Below, in pieces: positions 35,534-44,686 of a stretch of DNA of 64,000 bases. The notes below the pieces were generated by a model, which ran no database searches, was not told where the DNA came from, and was given only the letters and a program-made list of their open reading frames with translations. The stretch is taken from the NCBI GenBank assembly GCA_964252395.1, contig CAXUMX010000002.1, positions 74,437 through 138,436 on the forward strand, in the 5' to 3' direction. The number at the start of each line of letters is the position of its first letter. Position 1 is the stretch's first letter. This DNA comes from an uncultured Acidobacteriaceae bacterium (GTDB lineage Bacteria; Acidobacteriota; Terriglobia; Terriglobales; Acidobacteriaceae). Position numbers and translations under genes: made by a program.

Positions 35534-35776
35534 ATGTTCAGCAAGCCGGTCGTTGATGCGAGCGCAGAGAAGCGTACCTTCTGGACGGGCGCGTTGGTAG
35601 GCGCTGCTCTGGCCTGCCTGGCCGAAGAACTGGTGCGGCAGCAGATCGCGCGCCGACGCAAGCCGGTGCTGGTCGCCAAACGGGGCAGAACGGTTCTGCA
35701 ACTGCCACTGCGGCCGGCTGCCGGAGCGCGCCCTGGCCCGAGCGGCGCCGGGACTGCCCCGGTCGAGGACGCTTAG
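35534..35776 (+). CDS. Small (80 aa) single-TM protein, unknown function
   Basis: Strong SD GAGGAGG 7-8 nt upstream of the ATG. One hydrophobic segment (FWTGALVGAALACLA) is followed by a basic stretch and a Pro/Ala/Gly tail. Confidence 0.5.
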   Translation: MFSKPVVDASAEKRTFWTGALVGAALACLAEELVRQQIARRRKPVLVAKRGRTVLQLPLRPAAGARPGPSGAGTAPVEDA

Positions 35777-35964
35777 CAGACTCCTGGTTGATGCGGCCTC
35801 GACGAAGTGGTGTGCCGTTCCGTGCCTGTGCATCCGTGACCCGCGTGTACGCGCTTAGAATGGGCACTGCTTGCGGTGAAGATGCAGCGCCTGGTATGGC
35901 GCCCGTCTGTCGAAGCACGCGAATCATCGATGGATAGGGTCGATTCGGCCCAAGGAGACCTGCA

Positions 35965-38900
35965 TTGCGTATTGCTCTTCCCCTGGTGTGCGGTGCGTTC
36001 CTCGTTTCTTCTTCGGCGCTGGCATCTTCTGCTTGTGCGCAACTGTTCGAGCAGACCCACGGCCATAACCCGGCGATCGCGCTCAACCCAGACGAGCAGT
36101 CCACCATCGATCGGCTGAATAGCCTGCAGACGCTGCCGGGCAATGTCTGGCGATACAACACCGACGCGGGCACGCACGGAGAAGATCCGGCCTTCAACGA
36201 CTCTGCATGGAAGACGATCGATGGTCCAGTGACCGCACCCAAACAAGCGGTCTGGTACCGGCACGAGATCGCGGTGCCGAAGACGCTTCATGGTTATGAT
36301 CTGACGGGCACCCGCATCACCTTCCAGTTCCGGGCATCTGCCAATGGGCCGGTTCCGCAGATCATCTACTTCAATGGGCGCCGGGTTGCGATGGGCGATG
36401 ATCTGGAGCCGGTGGTCCTCTTTGATAAAGCCCAGCCCGGCGACAAGGTACTAGTCGCGGTGAAGCTGCTGTCCACTGTGGATGACAAGCACATCCAGGG
36501 CGCCGACCTGAAGGTCGAGTTTGCGGCGAATCGGCCCAACCCAGCCGACCTGCGGACCGAGTTTCTCGCTGCGGCTGCGCTGCTTCCCTCGCTGTCCAAG
36601 AACGGCGCTGGAGACGACGCGACATTGGCGAAGGCGATCGGAGAGGTGAGTGTTGCCGCGCTCGACAAGAGCGATCAGGCCGCCTTCGACGCATCCCTGA
36701 AGCAGGCCCAGCAGACGCTTACCACGTTGAAGCCCACACTCGATCAGGCCAGGATGCACCTGACTGGAAATTCGCATATCGACGCTGCCTGGTTATGGCC
36801 ATGGACAGAGACGGTGGATGTTGCGAAGCGCACCTTCGGTACTGCCATCCAGTTGATGAACGAGTATCCCGAGTACACCTACACTCAGTCCGCCGCTGCG
36901 TACAGCCAGTGGATGGCCGACGACTACCCGGAGCTGAACGAGCAGATCAAACAGCGGGTGCAGCAGGGAAGGTGGGAACTGGTCGGGGGCATGTGGCTGG
37001 AGCCGGATCTGAACATGCCGGATGGTGAGTCGCTGGTGCGGCAGTTGCTGGTGGGTCAGTCGACATTTCAGAAGCTCTATGGGAAGACCACGCGGATTGG
37101 CTGGAACCCGGACTCATTCGGCTACAACTGGCAGCTGCCGCAGATCTACAAGCGCTCTGGCGTCGACTATTTCGTCACCCAGAAGATGGCCTGGAACGAT
37201 ACGAACCAGCTGCCGCTGAAGCTGTTCTGGTGGGAGTCGCCGGACGGCAGCAAGGTGCTGACTTACTTCCCGCACGACTATGCCAACAACAACCTTGATC
37301 CGCTGCGCCTGGCACGTGACCTGGCCACTGCGCGGGATCGCGCGCCGGGCATGACAGAGATGATGGACCTCTACGGCATCGGCGATCACGGCGGCGGCCC
37401 GACGCGTGTCATCCTGGACCAGGGTATGCACTGGATGCAGCCGGACAAGGTGGTGGTGCCTTCAGAGTTTGGTACCGCTCAAGCCTTCTTCACCAAGGCA
37501 GAGCAGCAGATCGCGCCGGAGTCGCCTACCTGGAACTACCAGTCCCTGGCCAAGGGCGATACGCAACTGCCGACACCGGCTGCCGGGCACATCAGCATCC
37601 CGACCTGGAAGGATGAGCTCTACCTTGAGTACCACCGGGGCGTGTACACCACGCAAGCCGACCACAAGCGCAACATGCGCGATAGCGAAGAGTGGCTGCT
37701 GAATGCAGAGAAGTACGCGTCGCTAGCCTGGCTGGATGGACAGGCCTACCCATCCCGGGAGCTGACTGACGGGTGGAAGAAGGTGTTGTTCAACCAGTTT
37801 CATGATCTGGCCGCAGGCTCCGGCATCGGTGTGATCTACCGCGATGCGCAGAAGGACTATGACCAGGTGCACTGGGCGGCCGATGAGGTCTCCACCAGGT
37901 CACTGCACACGGTAGCGGCGCACGTCGACACACGAGTTCCGCCGGGCAGCGTACCGGTGATGGTGGTGAATCCGCTGGCCTGGCAGCGCGGTGGCCTGGC
38001 GACTGTCGAGGTGCAGATGCCAGCGGCAGCAGCAGGTGGCGTTTCCATCGTGGACGCGGAGAACCGCGTGGTGCCTTCGGAGATTCTGTCGAGTTCCGCC
38101 GGGACACATACGTACCGCATCCTGATTCATGCCAGCGACGTGCCGCCGCTCGGTTACAGCGTGCTGCATGCAGTGGCGGGAAGACGCCCGTTCGCCAGCG
38201 ACGTTAAGGCTAGTGCTACGACGATTGAAAACGATAAGGTGCGCGTCACAATCAATCCAGCCAACGGTTGCATCACCTCTCTGTATGACAAGAAGGCCAG
38301 CTACGAGACCCTGGCTACGGGCGGTTGTGGCAACGAGCTGCAGGCCTTTCGGGATACGCCGAAGGAGTACGACGCCTGGAATATCGACCCTGGTACCTAC
38401 GACCGGCTGCCCACGCTGATCGACGGAACCGATTCTGTGAAGCTCGTGGAGCAGGGTCCGTTCCGCGCTACCATTCGCGTCACCCGCACCTGGCAGAAGT
38501 CGAAGTTCGTTCAGGACATCTCCGTGTACAGCGGCGGCAGCCAGGTGTTGATCGACAACGACATCGATTGGCATGAGACGCACGTGCTGCTGAAGGCAGC
38601 CTTCCCGGTGGCGGCTTCCGCTCCGGCTGCGACATATGAGATTCCTTACGGAACCATCGAACGGCCTACCACTCGCAGCAACAGCTACGAGAAGGCAAAG
38701 TTTGAAGTCCCCGCACTGCGCTGGGCCGACCTGGGCGATGGCCAGCACGGGTTCAGCCTGATCAACGACTCGAAGTACGGCTACGATGGCGTGGGCAACC
38801 AGCTGCGGCTGACGCTGCTGCGCTCGCCGGTCTGGCCAGATCCGGATGCCGATCGCGAGCATCACCACTTCCGGTATGCGCTCTACCCTCATGCTGGAGA

Positions 38901-39315
38901 CTGGAAGCAGGCACTCACGGTCCGTCACGGTTACGAGTTCAACTACCGCCTGCAGGCGATGCAGGTTGCTCCCCATACTGGCACTCTGCCGGCAGGGCAC
39001 TCCTTCGCCAGCATTGAGGAAAGCAACGTCGTGCTGACCGCGATGAAGCAGACGGAAGACGGCAAGGGGTTGTTGCTGCGCTTCTATGAGTGGGCGGGCA
39101 AGGGCGGCGACGTCACCTTGAATGTGCCCGCTGGCGCCACGAGTGCAACGGTCGCCAACCTGATGGAGAGGCCGGAGGGTGCGCCGCTGGCGTTGAAGGG
39201 AAATACTGTCACGGTGTCGGTGGCTCCGTACCAGATCCAGACGATTCGTCTGGACTACGCTGCAGGAGATGGCGCCGGGCATGCGACCGCAGCGGTGCGG
39301 TTTCCAGGCGACTGA
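35965..39315 (+). CDS. Glycoside hydrolase family 38 alpha-mannosidase
   Basis: Signal peptide and [13 protein letters not shown], the catalytic-site signature of GH38. 1116 aa, TTG start with AGGAGA SD. Confidence 0.92.
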   Translation: MRIALPLVCGAFLVSSSALASSACAQLFEQTHGHNPAIALNPDEQSTIDRLNSLQTLPGNVWRYNTDAGTHGEDPAFNDSAWKTIDGPVTAPKQAVWYRHEIAVPKTLHGYDLTGTRITFQFRASANGPVPQIIYFNGRRVAMGDDLEPVVLFDKAQPGDKVLVAVKLLSTVDDKHIQGADLKVEFAANRPNPADLRTEFLAAAALLPSLSKNGAGDDATLAKAIGEVSVAALDKSDQAAFDASLKQAQQTLTTLKPTLDQARMHLTGNSHIDAAWLWPWTETVDVAKRTFGTAIQLMNEYPEYTYTQSAAAYSQWMADDYPELNEQIKQRVQQGRWELVGGMWLEPDLNMPDGESLVRQLLVGQSTFQKLYGKTTRIGWNPDSFGYNWQLPQIYKRSGVDYFVTQKMAWNDTNQLPLKLFWWESPDGSKVLTYFPHDYANNNLDPLRLARDLATARDRAPGMTEMMDLYGIGDHGGGPTRVILDQGMHWMQPDKVVVPSEFGTAQAFFTKAEQQIAPESPTWNYQSLAKGDTQLPTPAAGHISIPTWKDELYLEYHRGVYTTQADHKRNMRDSEEWLLNAEKYASLAWLDGQAYPSRELTDGWKKVLFNQFHDLAAGSGIGVIYRDAQKDYDQVHWAADEVSTRSLHTVAAHVDTRVPPGSVPVMVVNPLAWQRGGLATVEVQMPAAAAGGVSIVDAENRVVPSEILSSSAGTHTYRILIHASDVPPLGYSVLHAVAGRRPFASDVKASATTIENDKVRVTINPANGCITSLYDKKASYETLATGGCGNELQAFRDTPKEYDAWNIDPGTYDRLPTLIDGTDSVKLVEQGPFRATIRVTRTWQKSKFVQDISVYSGGSQVLIDNDIDWHETHVLLKAAFPVAASAPAATYEIPYGTIERPTTRSNSYEKAKFEVPALRWADLGDGQHGFSLINDSKYGYDGVGNQLRLTLLRSPVWPDPDADREHHHFRYALYPHAGDWKQALTVRHGYEFNYRLQAMQVAPHTGTLPAGHSFASIEESNVVLTAMKQTEDGKGLLLRFYEWAGKGGDVTLNVPAGATSATVANLMERPEGAPLALKGNTVTVSVAPYQIQTIRLDYAAGDGAGHATAAVRFPGD

Positions 39316-39410
39316 AGTTTGTCCGGGCATCTGCCGGGTCGGCGGCGCCTCCGCTGAACCGGTACACTCACCTGTTGCCCGCGGCCTGCAAAGGGCAGCG
39401 GCAAGGGAGA

Positions 39411-40451
39411 ATGATGAAGGCACTGGCAAAGAGCCGCCGCGAGCGCGGCCTATGGCTGGAAGATGTTCCTGAGCCGGAGTACGGCATCAACGATGTGCTG
39501 ATCCGGGTGCGTTATACCGGCATCTGCGGCACCGACGTGCATATCTATGACTGGGATGAGTGGGCACAGAAGACCATCCCGGTCCCAATGGTGATCGGCC
39601 ACGAGTTCGTAGGCCAGATCGTGGCCGTCGGCTCCAACGTGAATGACTTTCATCCCGGGGATATCGTCAGCGGGGAAGGCCACGTGACCTGCGGCCGCTG
39701 CCGTAACTGTCTGGCCGGTCGCCGCCATCTGTGCGCGTACACCTCGGGCGTCGGCGTCAATCGCCCCGGCGCATTTGCCGAGCTGATTGCGCTACCCATG
39801 AGCAATATCTGGCGGCATGAGCCGAACGTGAATCAGGAGGTCGCGGCGATCTTCGATCCCTTCGGCAACGCTGTGCACACGGCGCTCTCCTTTCCCGTGC
39901 TGGGGGAGGATGTGCTGATTACCGGTGCAGGTCCGATCGGCATCATGTGCATTCCGGTGGTGAAGCGCGCTGGGGCCCGCCACGTGGTAATCACGGACCT
40001 GAACCCCTACCGGCTGGACCTGGCCCGCAAGATGGGCGCCACGCTCGCGATTAACCCTACGGAGACGACGCTGCGCGATGTGCAGGCGAAGCTGGGTATG
40101 ACGGAGGGCTTTGATGTGGGGCTGGAGATGTCCGGCAACGGCGCTGCCTTCCGGGACATGATCGACAACATGTCGCACGGCGGCAAGATTGGCGTGCTCG
40201 GCATTCCGGCCAAGGAGGTCGCACTCGACTGGTCCAAGGTCATCTTCAACATGATCACGATTAAGGGCATCTACGGCCGGGAGATGTACGAGACCTGGTA
40301 CAAGATGTCAGTGATGATCCACTCGGGGCTGGATATCTCCCCCGTCATCACGCATCGCTGCGACTACCAGGATTTCGAGGCAGGCTTCGCCGCCATGCGC
40401 TCCGGGCAAACCGGCAAGGTGGTGCTGGACTGGACCTCAGTGGCCGGCTAG
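39411..40451 (+). CDS. tdh: L-threonine 3-dehydrogenase
   Basis: MMKALAK..., zinc-ADH motifs [10 protein letters not shown] and GHEFVG, structural zinc CGRCRNC, and Rossmann GAGPIG. The ORF-track start at 39090 overlaps the GH38 gene and is rejected. Confidence 0.93.
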   Translation: MMKALAKSRRERGLWLEDVPEPEYGINDVLIRVRYTGICGTDVHIYDWDEWAQKTIPVPMVIGHEFVGQIVAVGSNVNDFHPGDIVSGEGHVTCGRCRNCLAGRRHLCAYTSGVGVNRPGAFAELIALPMSNIWRHEPNVNQEVAAIFDPFGNAVHTALSFPVLGEDVLITGAGPIGIMCIPVVKRAGARHVVITDLNPYRLDLARKMGATLAINPTETTLRDVQAKLGMTEGFDVGLEMSGNGAAFRDMIDNMSHGGKIGVLGIPAKEVALDWSKVIFNMITIKGIYGREMYETWYKMSVMIHSGLDISPVITHRCDYQDFEAGFAAMRSGQTGKVVLDWTSVAG

Positions 40452-40507
40452 CCCGGTGGAACACTTCGTCTCCCCCTGATGTATAGGTGTTTTCAGACGA
40501 GGAGCAT

Positions 40508-41452
40508 ATGGAACAGCAACGGTCCGTGGATGTGAGTCCTGCCGAAACAGGCATAGCCAGCGTGCCGGTTCAGGCGCGCAGCACGATCTTCTTCGGGCAG
40601 CAGGGCCTTCGTGCCGGCTGGAGCGCTCTACTCTTCCTGGCGATGGTCATGGTCGCCATCATGCTTGCCGCTTCGACGTTGCATCTGGTCCCCGATCCGA
40701 CGAAGCCGGTCTCGCCTCTCAAGATGGTCTTCGGCGAAGGAGTGCAGGCTGCCATTGTGCTGCTGGCGACCTGGGTGATGGGCCGGATCGAAGGCCGCAG
40801 CCTTGTCACGTATGGATATGCCGGCCAGGCCCGAGTGTCGCGCTTCCTGTGGGGATGCGGGTGGGGGTTCGTCGCCATCTCGGTACTGGTGGCAACGCTA
40901 TGGAAGACGCACCTGCTGGCCTTTGACGCCGGCCGCCTGCACGGGCCAGCCGCTGTGGAGTTCGGCTTGCGCTGGCTCGCAGTCTTCCTGTGCGTCGGCC
41001 TGTTCGAAGAGTCGCTGCTGCGAGGCTATCTGCAGTACACGCTTACGCGCGGCCTCGGCTTCTGGTGGGCAGCCCTGCTTCTCTCTGTCCTGTTTGGCGC
41101 CAGCCATCTCGGCAACCATGGAGAGTCCCCGGTCGGCATCTTTTCAGCAGCGGCGGTCGGCTTAGTCTTTTGTCTCAGCCTCTGGTACACCGGATCGCTA
41201 TGGTGGGCCATCGGCTTCCACGTTACCTGGGATTGGGGGCAGACCTTCTTCTATGGCACGCCGGATAGCGGCGTGGTGGCGCAAGGCCACCTGCTGAGCG
41301 AGCATCCCGTCGGGCCGCTGCTGTGGAGCGGTGGCCCGACCGGACCGGAAGGTAGCCTCTACATCGTGCCGTTGCTGGCTTTGATGGCACTGGCTATCTG
41401 GCTATGGTGGCGGCGCAACGGGGTCCGCGCTCCATACCGTACGGATGTGTAA
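40508..41452 (+). CDS. CPBP family intramembrane glutamic endopeptidase (CAAX protease/Abi-like)
   Basis: EESLLRGYL and FGASHL motifs, multi-TM. GAGGAG lies upstream of the ATG at 40508; a GTG at 40487 is also possible. Confidence 0.85.
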   Translation: MEQQRSVDVSPAETGIASVPVQARSTIFFGQQGLRAGWSALLFLAMVMVAIMLAASTLHLVPDPTKPVSPLKMVFGEGVQAAIVLLATWVMGRIEGRSLVTYGYAGQARVSRFLWGCGWGFVAISVLVATLWKTHLLAFDAGRLHGPAAVEFGLRWLAVFLCVGLFEESLLRGYLQYTLTRGLGFWWAALLLSVLFGASHLGNHGESPVGIFSAAAVGLVFCLSLWYTGSLWWAIGFHVTWDWGQTFFYGTPDSGVVAQGHLLSEHPVGPLLWSGGPTGPEGSLYIVPLLALMALAIWLWWRRNGVRAPYRTDV

Positions 41453-41490
41453 GCAGTCCGGAGCTCGCGTGCGAGTTCCCGACATTCGGG

Positions 41491-41793
41491 CTACCGGCTC
41501 CGGCTCGCTGTCTTTCGTGCTGACTTTCGCTCCGTTGCTGAGGGAGACTTGCTCCTGGCTTGCGCCGCCCGCTTGCCGCCCTGCTTGATCTGCTTCTTAC
41601 GCGCTGTCTCCCGCTCCACCTGCTTGCCACCATTGCGAGACGCTGGCTTCTTGCGGCAGCTTCCTTCCTCGTGTTCTGACTTGCCCGGAACTGGTTCATA
41701 CCCAGGCCAGCAGCGAGAGGTCTTGCTGTAGGCGCTACCGCTCTTCTTCCGGGCGGTCGACTTGTGCGTGGAGGACTTCTTTGTCGTTGGCAT
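41491..41793 (-). CDS. Small highly basic K/R/S/T-rich protein
   Basis: 100 aa, MPTTKKSSTHKSTARKKSG...RCWPGYEPVPGK...SCRKK. Low complexity apart from the CWPGYE...C segment. Confidence 0.5.
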   Translation of the reverse strand: MPTTKKSSTHKSTARKKSGSAYSKTSRCWPGYEPVPGKSEHEEGSCRKKPASRNGGKQVERETARKKQIKQGGKRAAQARSKSPSATERKSARKTASRSR

Positions 41794-41841
41794 AGCAGGT
41801 AGGAAGAGCTCCGCCTGCCTTGCGTTGCGCGCTCCGGAATA

Positions 41842-42636
41842 TCAGCTTGATTCGGTGAAGCTACTTTCGTTGCGCGACTCCGACTCACGTGCTGTTGTCC
41901 AGCTCTCAGGAGTGACAAAGCGAAGGCCGAGTTGCGCTGCCGTCGATAACAGGCTCGCGGTAGCGGAAAGGGTGAGGCTACGATCGATACCCATTTCTAC
42001 ATGACCGCCGTCATGCATCAGCAGATTGCTGCCGTGACGGCGCCTCTGGTTGCGCCGGATGCCACGAACAAGCTGCTGCTCGATCTGCGGGGCGGAGCGG
42101 GCGCGCCAGTCGCGCGGGTTCACGTTCCATAACACGGAGGTGAGCTCCAGCTCGCGCAGTACCGAGAACACCGCCGGGCTGCGACCCCCGAAGGGTGGGC
42201 GAAAGTAGCGAATGCGCTCTCCCAGAATGTCCTCGATTGCCGCCTTCGCATCGGCTATCTCTTGTCGTATCTGTGCCGGTCTCAGGTACATTAGCCGGGG
42301 GTGGGTCATGGTGTGGCAGCCGATCGTGTGACCGGCCGCTCGGACGGCCCGGACGAGCGGGGCCTGGCCCCGCACGTACTTGCCGATGACGAAGAAGGTG
42401 GCCGGGGCCCTGTGCCGCGCCAGTAGTCCCAGCAGCTGAGTGGTGCAGTCGCCGTTTGGTCCGTCGTCGTAGGTAAGCGCGACTTCGGCCGGATCCGAGC
42501 TCGCGATCAGGGACTCGCCGAAGATGCGAGATGAGGGCCAGAGCGCCGCATAGTGAAGCCCGCCGGCGGCCAGGCCGAGCCCGACTGCGGCCGTGGCCGC
42601 ACCGGCGATGCGCGATCGATTGGCAGGCTTGGGCAC
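41842..42636 (-). CDS. Polysaccharide deacetylase (NodB homology domain, CE4)
   Basis: LTYDDGPN, HTIGCHTMTHP, YFRPPFG. I propose the GTG start at 42636 (VPKPANRSRIAG... then a TM), because the ORF-track start at 42807 would overlap the divergent panB start at 42751. Confidence 0.8.
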   Translation of the reverse strand: MPKPANRSRIAGAATAAVGLGLAAGGLHYAALWPSSRIFGESLIASSDPAEVALTYDDGPNGDCTTQLLGLLARHRAPATFFVIGKYVRGQAPLVRAVRAAGHTIGCHTMTHPRLMYLRPAQIRQEIADAKAAIEDILGERIRYFRPPFGGRSPAVFSVLRELELTSVLWNVNPRDWRARSAPQIEQQLVRGIRRNQRRRHGSNLLMHDGGHVEMGIDRSLTLSATASLLSTAAQLGLRFVTPESWTTARESESRNESSFTESS

Positions 42637-42750
42637 AGGCGCAGTGTAGCAACCGGGGACGAGGGCAGCGCGTCGTACAGGTGCTGGCGTATACTTGCCA
42701 GCGGTACGCAGGTGGCATCCCCGCAGCCGGGGAGTCGCACTGGAGGCAAC

Positions 42751-43650
42751 ATGAGTCTGATCCCCGTCGTCAGCGGCGCTCTTTCGTCCGCGAAGATCAC
42801 CCATCAAACCCTAGTTGAGCGCAAGCACTCGCATCAGCCGATCACCGCGCTGACGGCGTACGACTACGCCACGGCGCGCATCGCGGATGAGGCCGGCATC
42901 GATCTGCTGCTGGTCGGCGACTCGCTGGCCATGGTGGTCATGGGCCTGGAAAGCACACTGGGCGTCACCGTGGAGGAGATGCTGCACCACACCCGCGCGG
43001 CACGACGGGCGGTGCGGCGCGCCATGCTGGTCGCGGATATGCCTTTCGGGTCCTATCAGGTCTCCATCGAGGAGGGCGTGGCGAATGCCATCCGCTTCGT
43101 CAAGGATGCAGGGGCCGAGGCGGTGAAGGTGGAGGGCGCGCGTCCGCAGCTGGTGGAGCGCCTGACCGCGGCCGAAGTGCCCGCCATCGGGCACATCGGG
43201 CTGACTCCGCAATCGCTGCATCGGATGGGGGGCTATAAGGTGCAGGGCAAGACTGCGGCTAGCTATGCCCGTCTGCGTCGAGAGGCGCGCCAACTGGAGG
43301 CGGCTGGTGCCACTGCACTGGTGCTGGAGGGCATCCCGCGTGAACTCGCAGCCGAGATCACGGCTGAGCTCTCCATCCCGACGATCGGCATCGGCGCAGG
43401 TCTGGACTGCGACGGGCAGATCATGGTCTTCCATGACATGGTTGGCCTCACCTTCGCGCCGCCGGCGCGCTTTGTCCGTCGCTACGCAGATGCCGGTGAG
43501 CTCTACCGCAACGCCATTGATGCGTACCGCCGGGATGTTCTCGACCGCAGCTACCCGTCGGAGCAGGAGAGCTATCACCTGCCCAGCAAACAGACTGCGG
43601 CCGAGTCTCTGCCTGCTGCGACGCAGGCTGGCGTCCGCCGCAAAGCCTGA
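42751..43650 (+). CDS. panB: 3-methyl-2-oxobutanoate hydroxymethyltransferase
   Basis: ITALTAYDYATA, LLVGDSLAMVV, VKVEG. GGAGG SD before the ATG at 42751. Confidence 0.95.
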   Translation: MSLIPVVSGALSSAKITHQTLVERKHSHQPITALTAYDYATARIADEAGIDLLLVGDSLAMVVMGLESTLGVTVEEMLHHTRAARRAVRRAMLVADMPFGSYQVSIEEGVANAIRFVKDAGAEAVKVEGARPQLVERLTAAEVPAIGHIGLTPQSLHRMGGYKVQGKTAASYARLRREARQLEAAGATALVLEGIPRELAAEITAELSIPTIGIGAGLDCDGQIMVFHDMVGLTFAPPARFVRRYADAGELYRNAIDAYRRDVLDRSYPSEQESYHLPSKQTAAESLPAATQAGVRRKA

Positions 43651-43654
43651 TCCC

Positions 43655-44494
43655 ATGCAGGTGCTGACAACAGTGGCGGAGATGCGCTCCGCCTGTGAGG
43701 GGATCCGCCGGTCGGGCCAGTCTCTGGGCCTTGTCCCGACTATGGGCGCGTTGCACGAGGGGCATCTCTCCTTAGTGCGGGAGGCGCGTCAGCAGTGTGA
43801 CACTGTGGCTGCGACGATCTTCGTCAATCCGACTCAGTTCGCGCCCGGGGAGGACTTTACTCGCTATCCGCGCACCTTTGAGGCAGATCGCGCCCTGCTC
43901 GACGCCGAGCAGACGACGCTACTCTTCGCACCTGCACCCGAGGAGATGTACCCGCCAGGCGCGAGCGCGTTCGTCGATGTCCCGGATGTAGGCTCGCGAT
44001 TGGATGGGGCATCGCGGCCTGGCCACTTCCGCGGCGTGGCCACCATAGTCACCAAGCTCTTTCACATCACGGCGCCTGATAAGGCTTTCTTCGGCCAGAA
44101 GGATGCTGCGCAGGTGGCGGTACTCGCACGCATGGTGCGCGACCTGGATTTCGGAGTGCAATTGGTCGTCTGCCCCATCGTGCGGGAGGCCGATGGGCTC
44201 GCCTTATCTTCCCGCAACCGATACCTCTCACCCGAGGAACGAAGCCGCGCTTTGGTGCTGTCGCGCTCACTCAAATCGATCGAGGCCGCATACAAGAGTG
44301 GCGAATGCGGTGTGGAACAGTTGCTGGCCTCCGGCCGGGCAGAGATAGCTCGTGAACCGGAGGTACGGATCGACTACTTCGCGATGGTCGACAGGGAGAC
44401 TCTGCTTCCCTTGACCCTGGCTGGACCTGGCGCCCTGGTGGCGGTGGCTGCGTGGGTGGGCACGACCCGTCTGATCGATAACGTCATCCTCTAA
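43655..44494 (+). CDS. panC: Pantoate--beta-alanine ligase
   Basis: VPTMGALHEGHLSLV, FGQKDAAQ. ATG at 43655, 4 nt after the panB stop. Confidence 0.95.
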   Translation: MQVLTTVAEMRSACEGIRRSGQSLGLVPTMGALHEGHLSLVREARQQCDTVAATIFVNPTQFAPGEDFTRYPRTFEADRALLDAEQTTLLFAPAPEEMYPPGASAFVDVPDVGSRLDGASRPGHFRGVATIVTKLFHITAPDKAFFGQKDAAQVAVLARMVRDLDFGVQLVVCPIVREADGLALSSRNRYLSPEERSRALVLSRSLKSIEAAYKSGECGVEQLLASGRAEIAREPEVRIDYFAMVDRETLLPLTLAGPGALVAVAAWVGTTRLIDNVIL

Positions 44495-44650
44495 ACCTGG
44501 CCTGCTGGCATTCGTGCCGTGATGATAGATCTTCAGTGTGCACAGGAGTCGACCGAAAGCAGGGCGAGTTCCAGCCATATCTGAAGCACTCTCTTAGTGC
44601 GACGCATCTCCGGCAGCGAAGATCGTCGCTCAGCCGGGACAGCGGCCGTA

Positions 44651-44678
44651 TTGTTATTTTGGTTTTGCTCCGTATAAA
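44651..44678 (+). promoter_or_regulatory. Candidate sigma70-type promoter directly abutting the start codon of the di-haem gene
   Basis: TTGTTA (44651-44656), 16-nt spacer, TATAAA (44673-44678). The ATG at 44687 is only 8 nt after the -10 element. An in-frame TAA at 44675 excludes an upstream start. Confidence 0.3.
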
Positions 44679-44686
44679 TTCTGAAG

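Noticed and set aside
34107-35800. Possible genomic island integrated at tRNA-Leu, given the small orphan genes on both sides.
   Set aside because: There is no integrase, no direct repeat of the tRNA 3' end and no compositional shift by eye. The neighbouring genes (osmC, GH38) look native.
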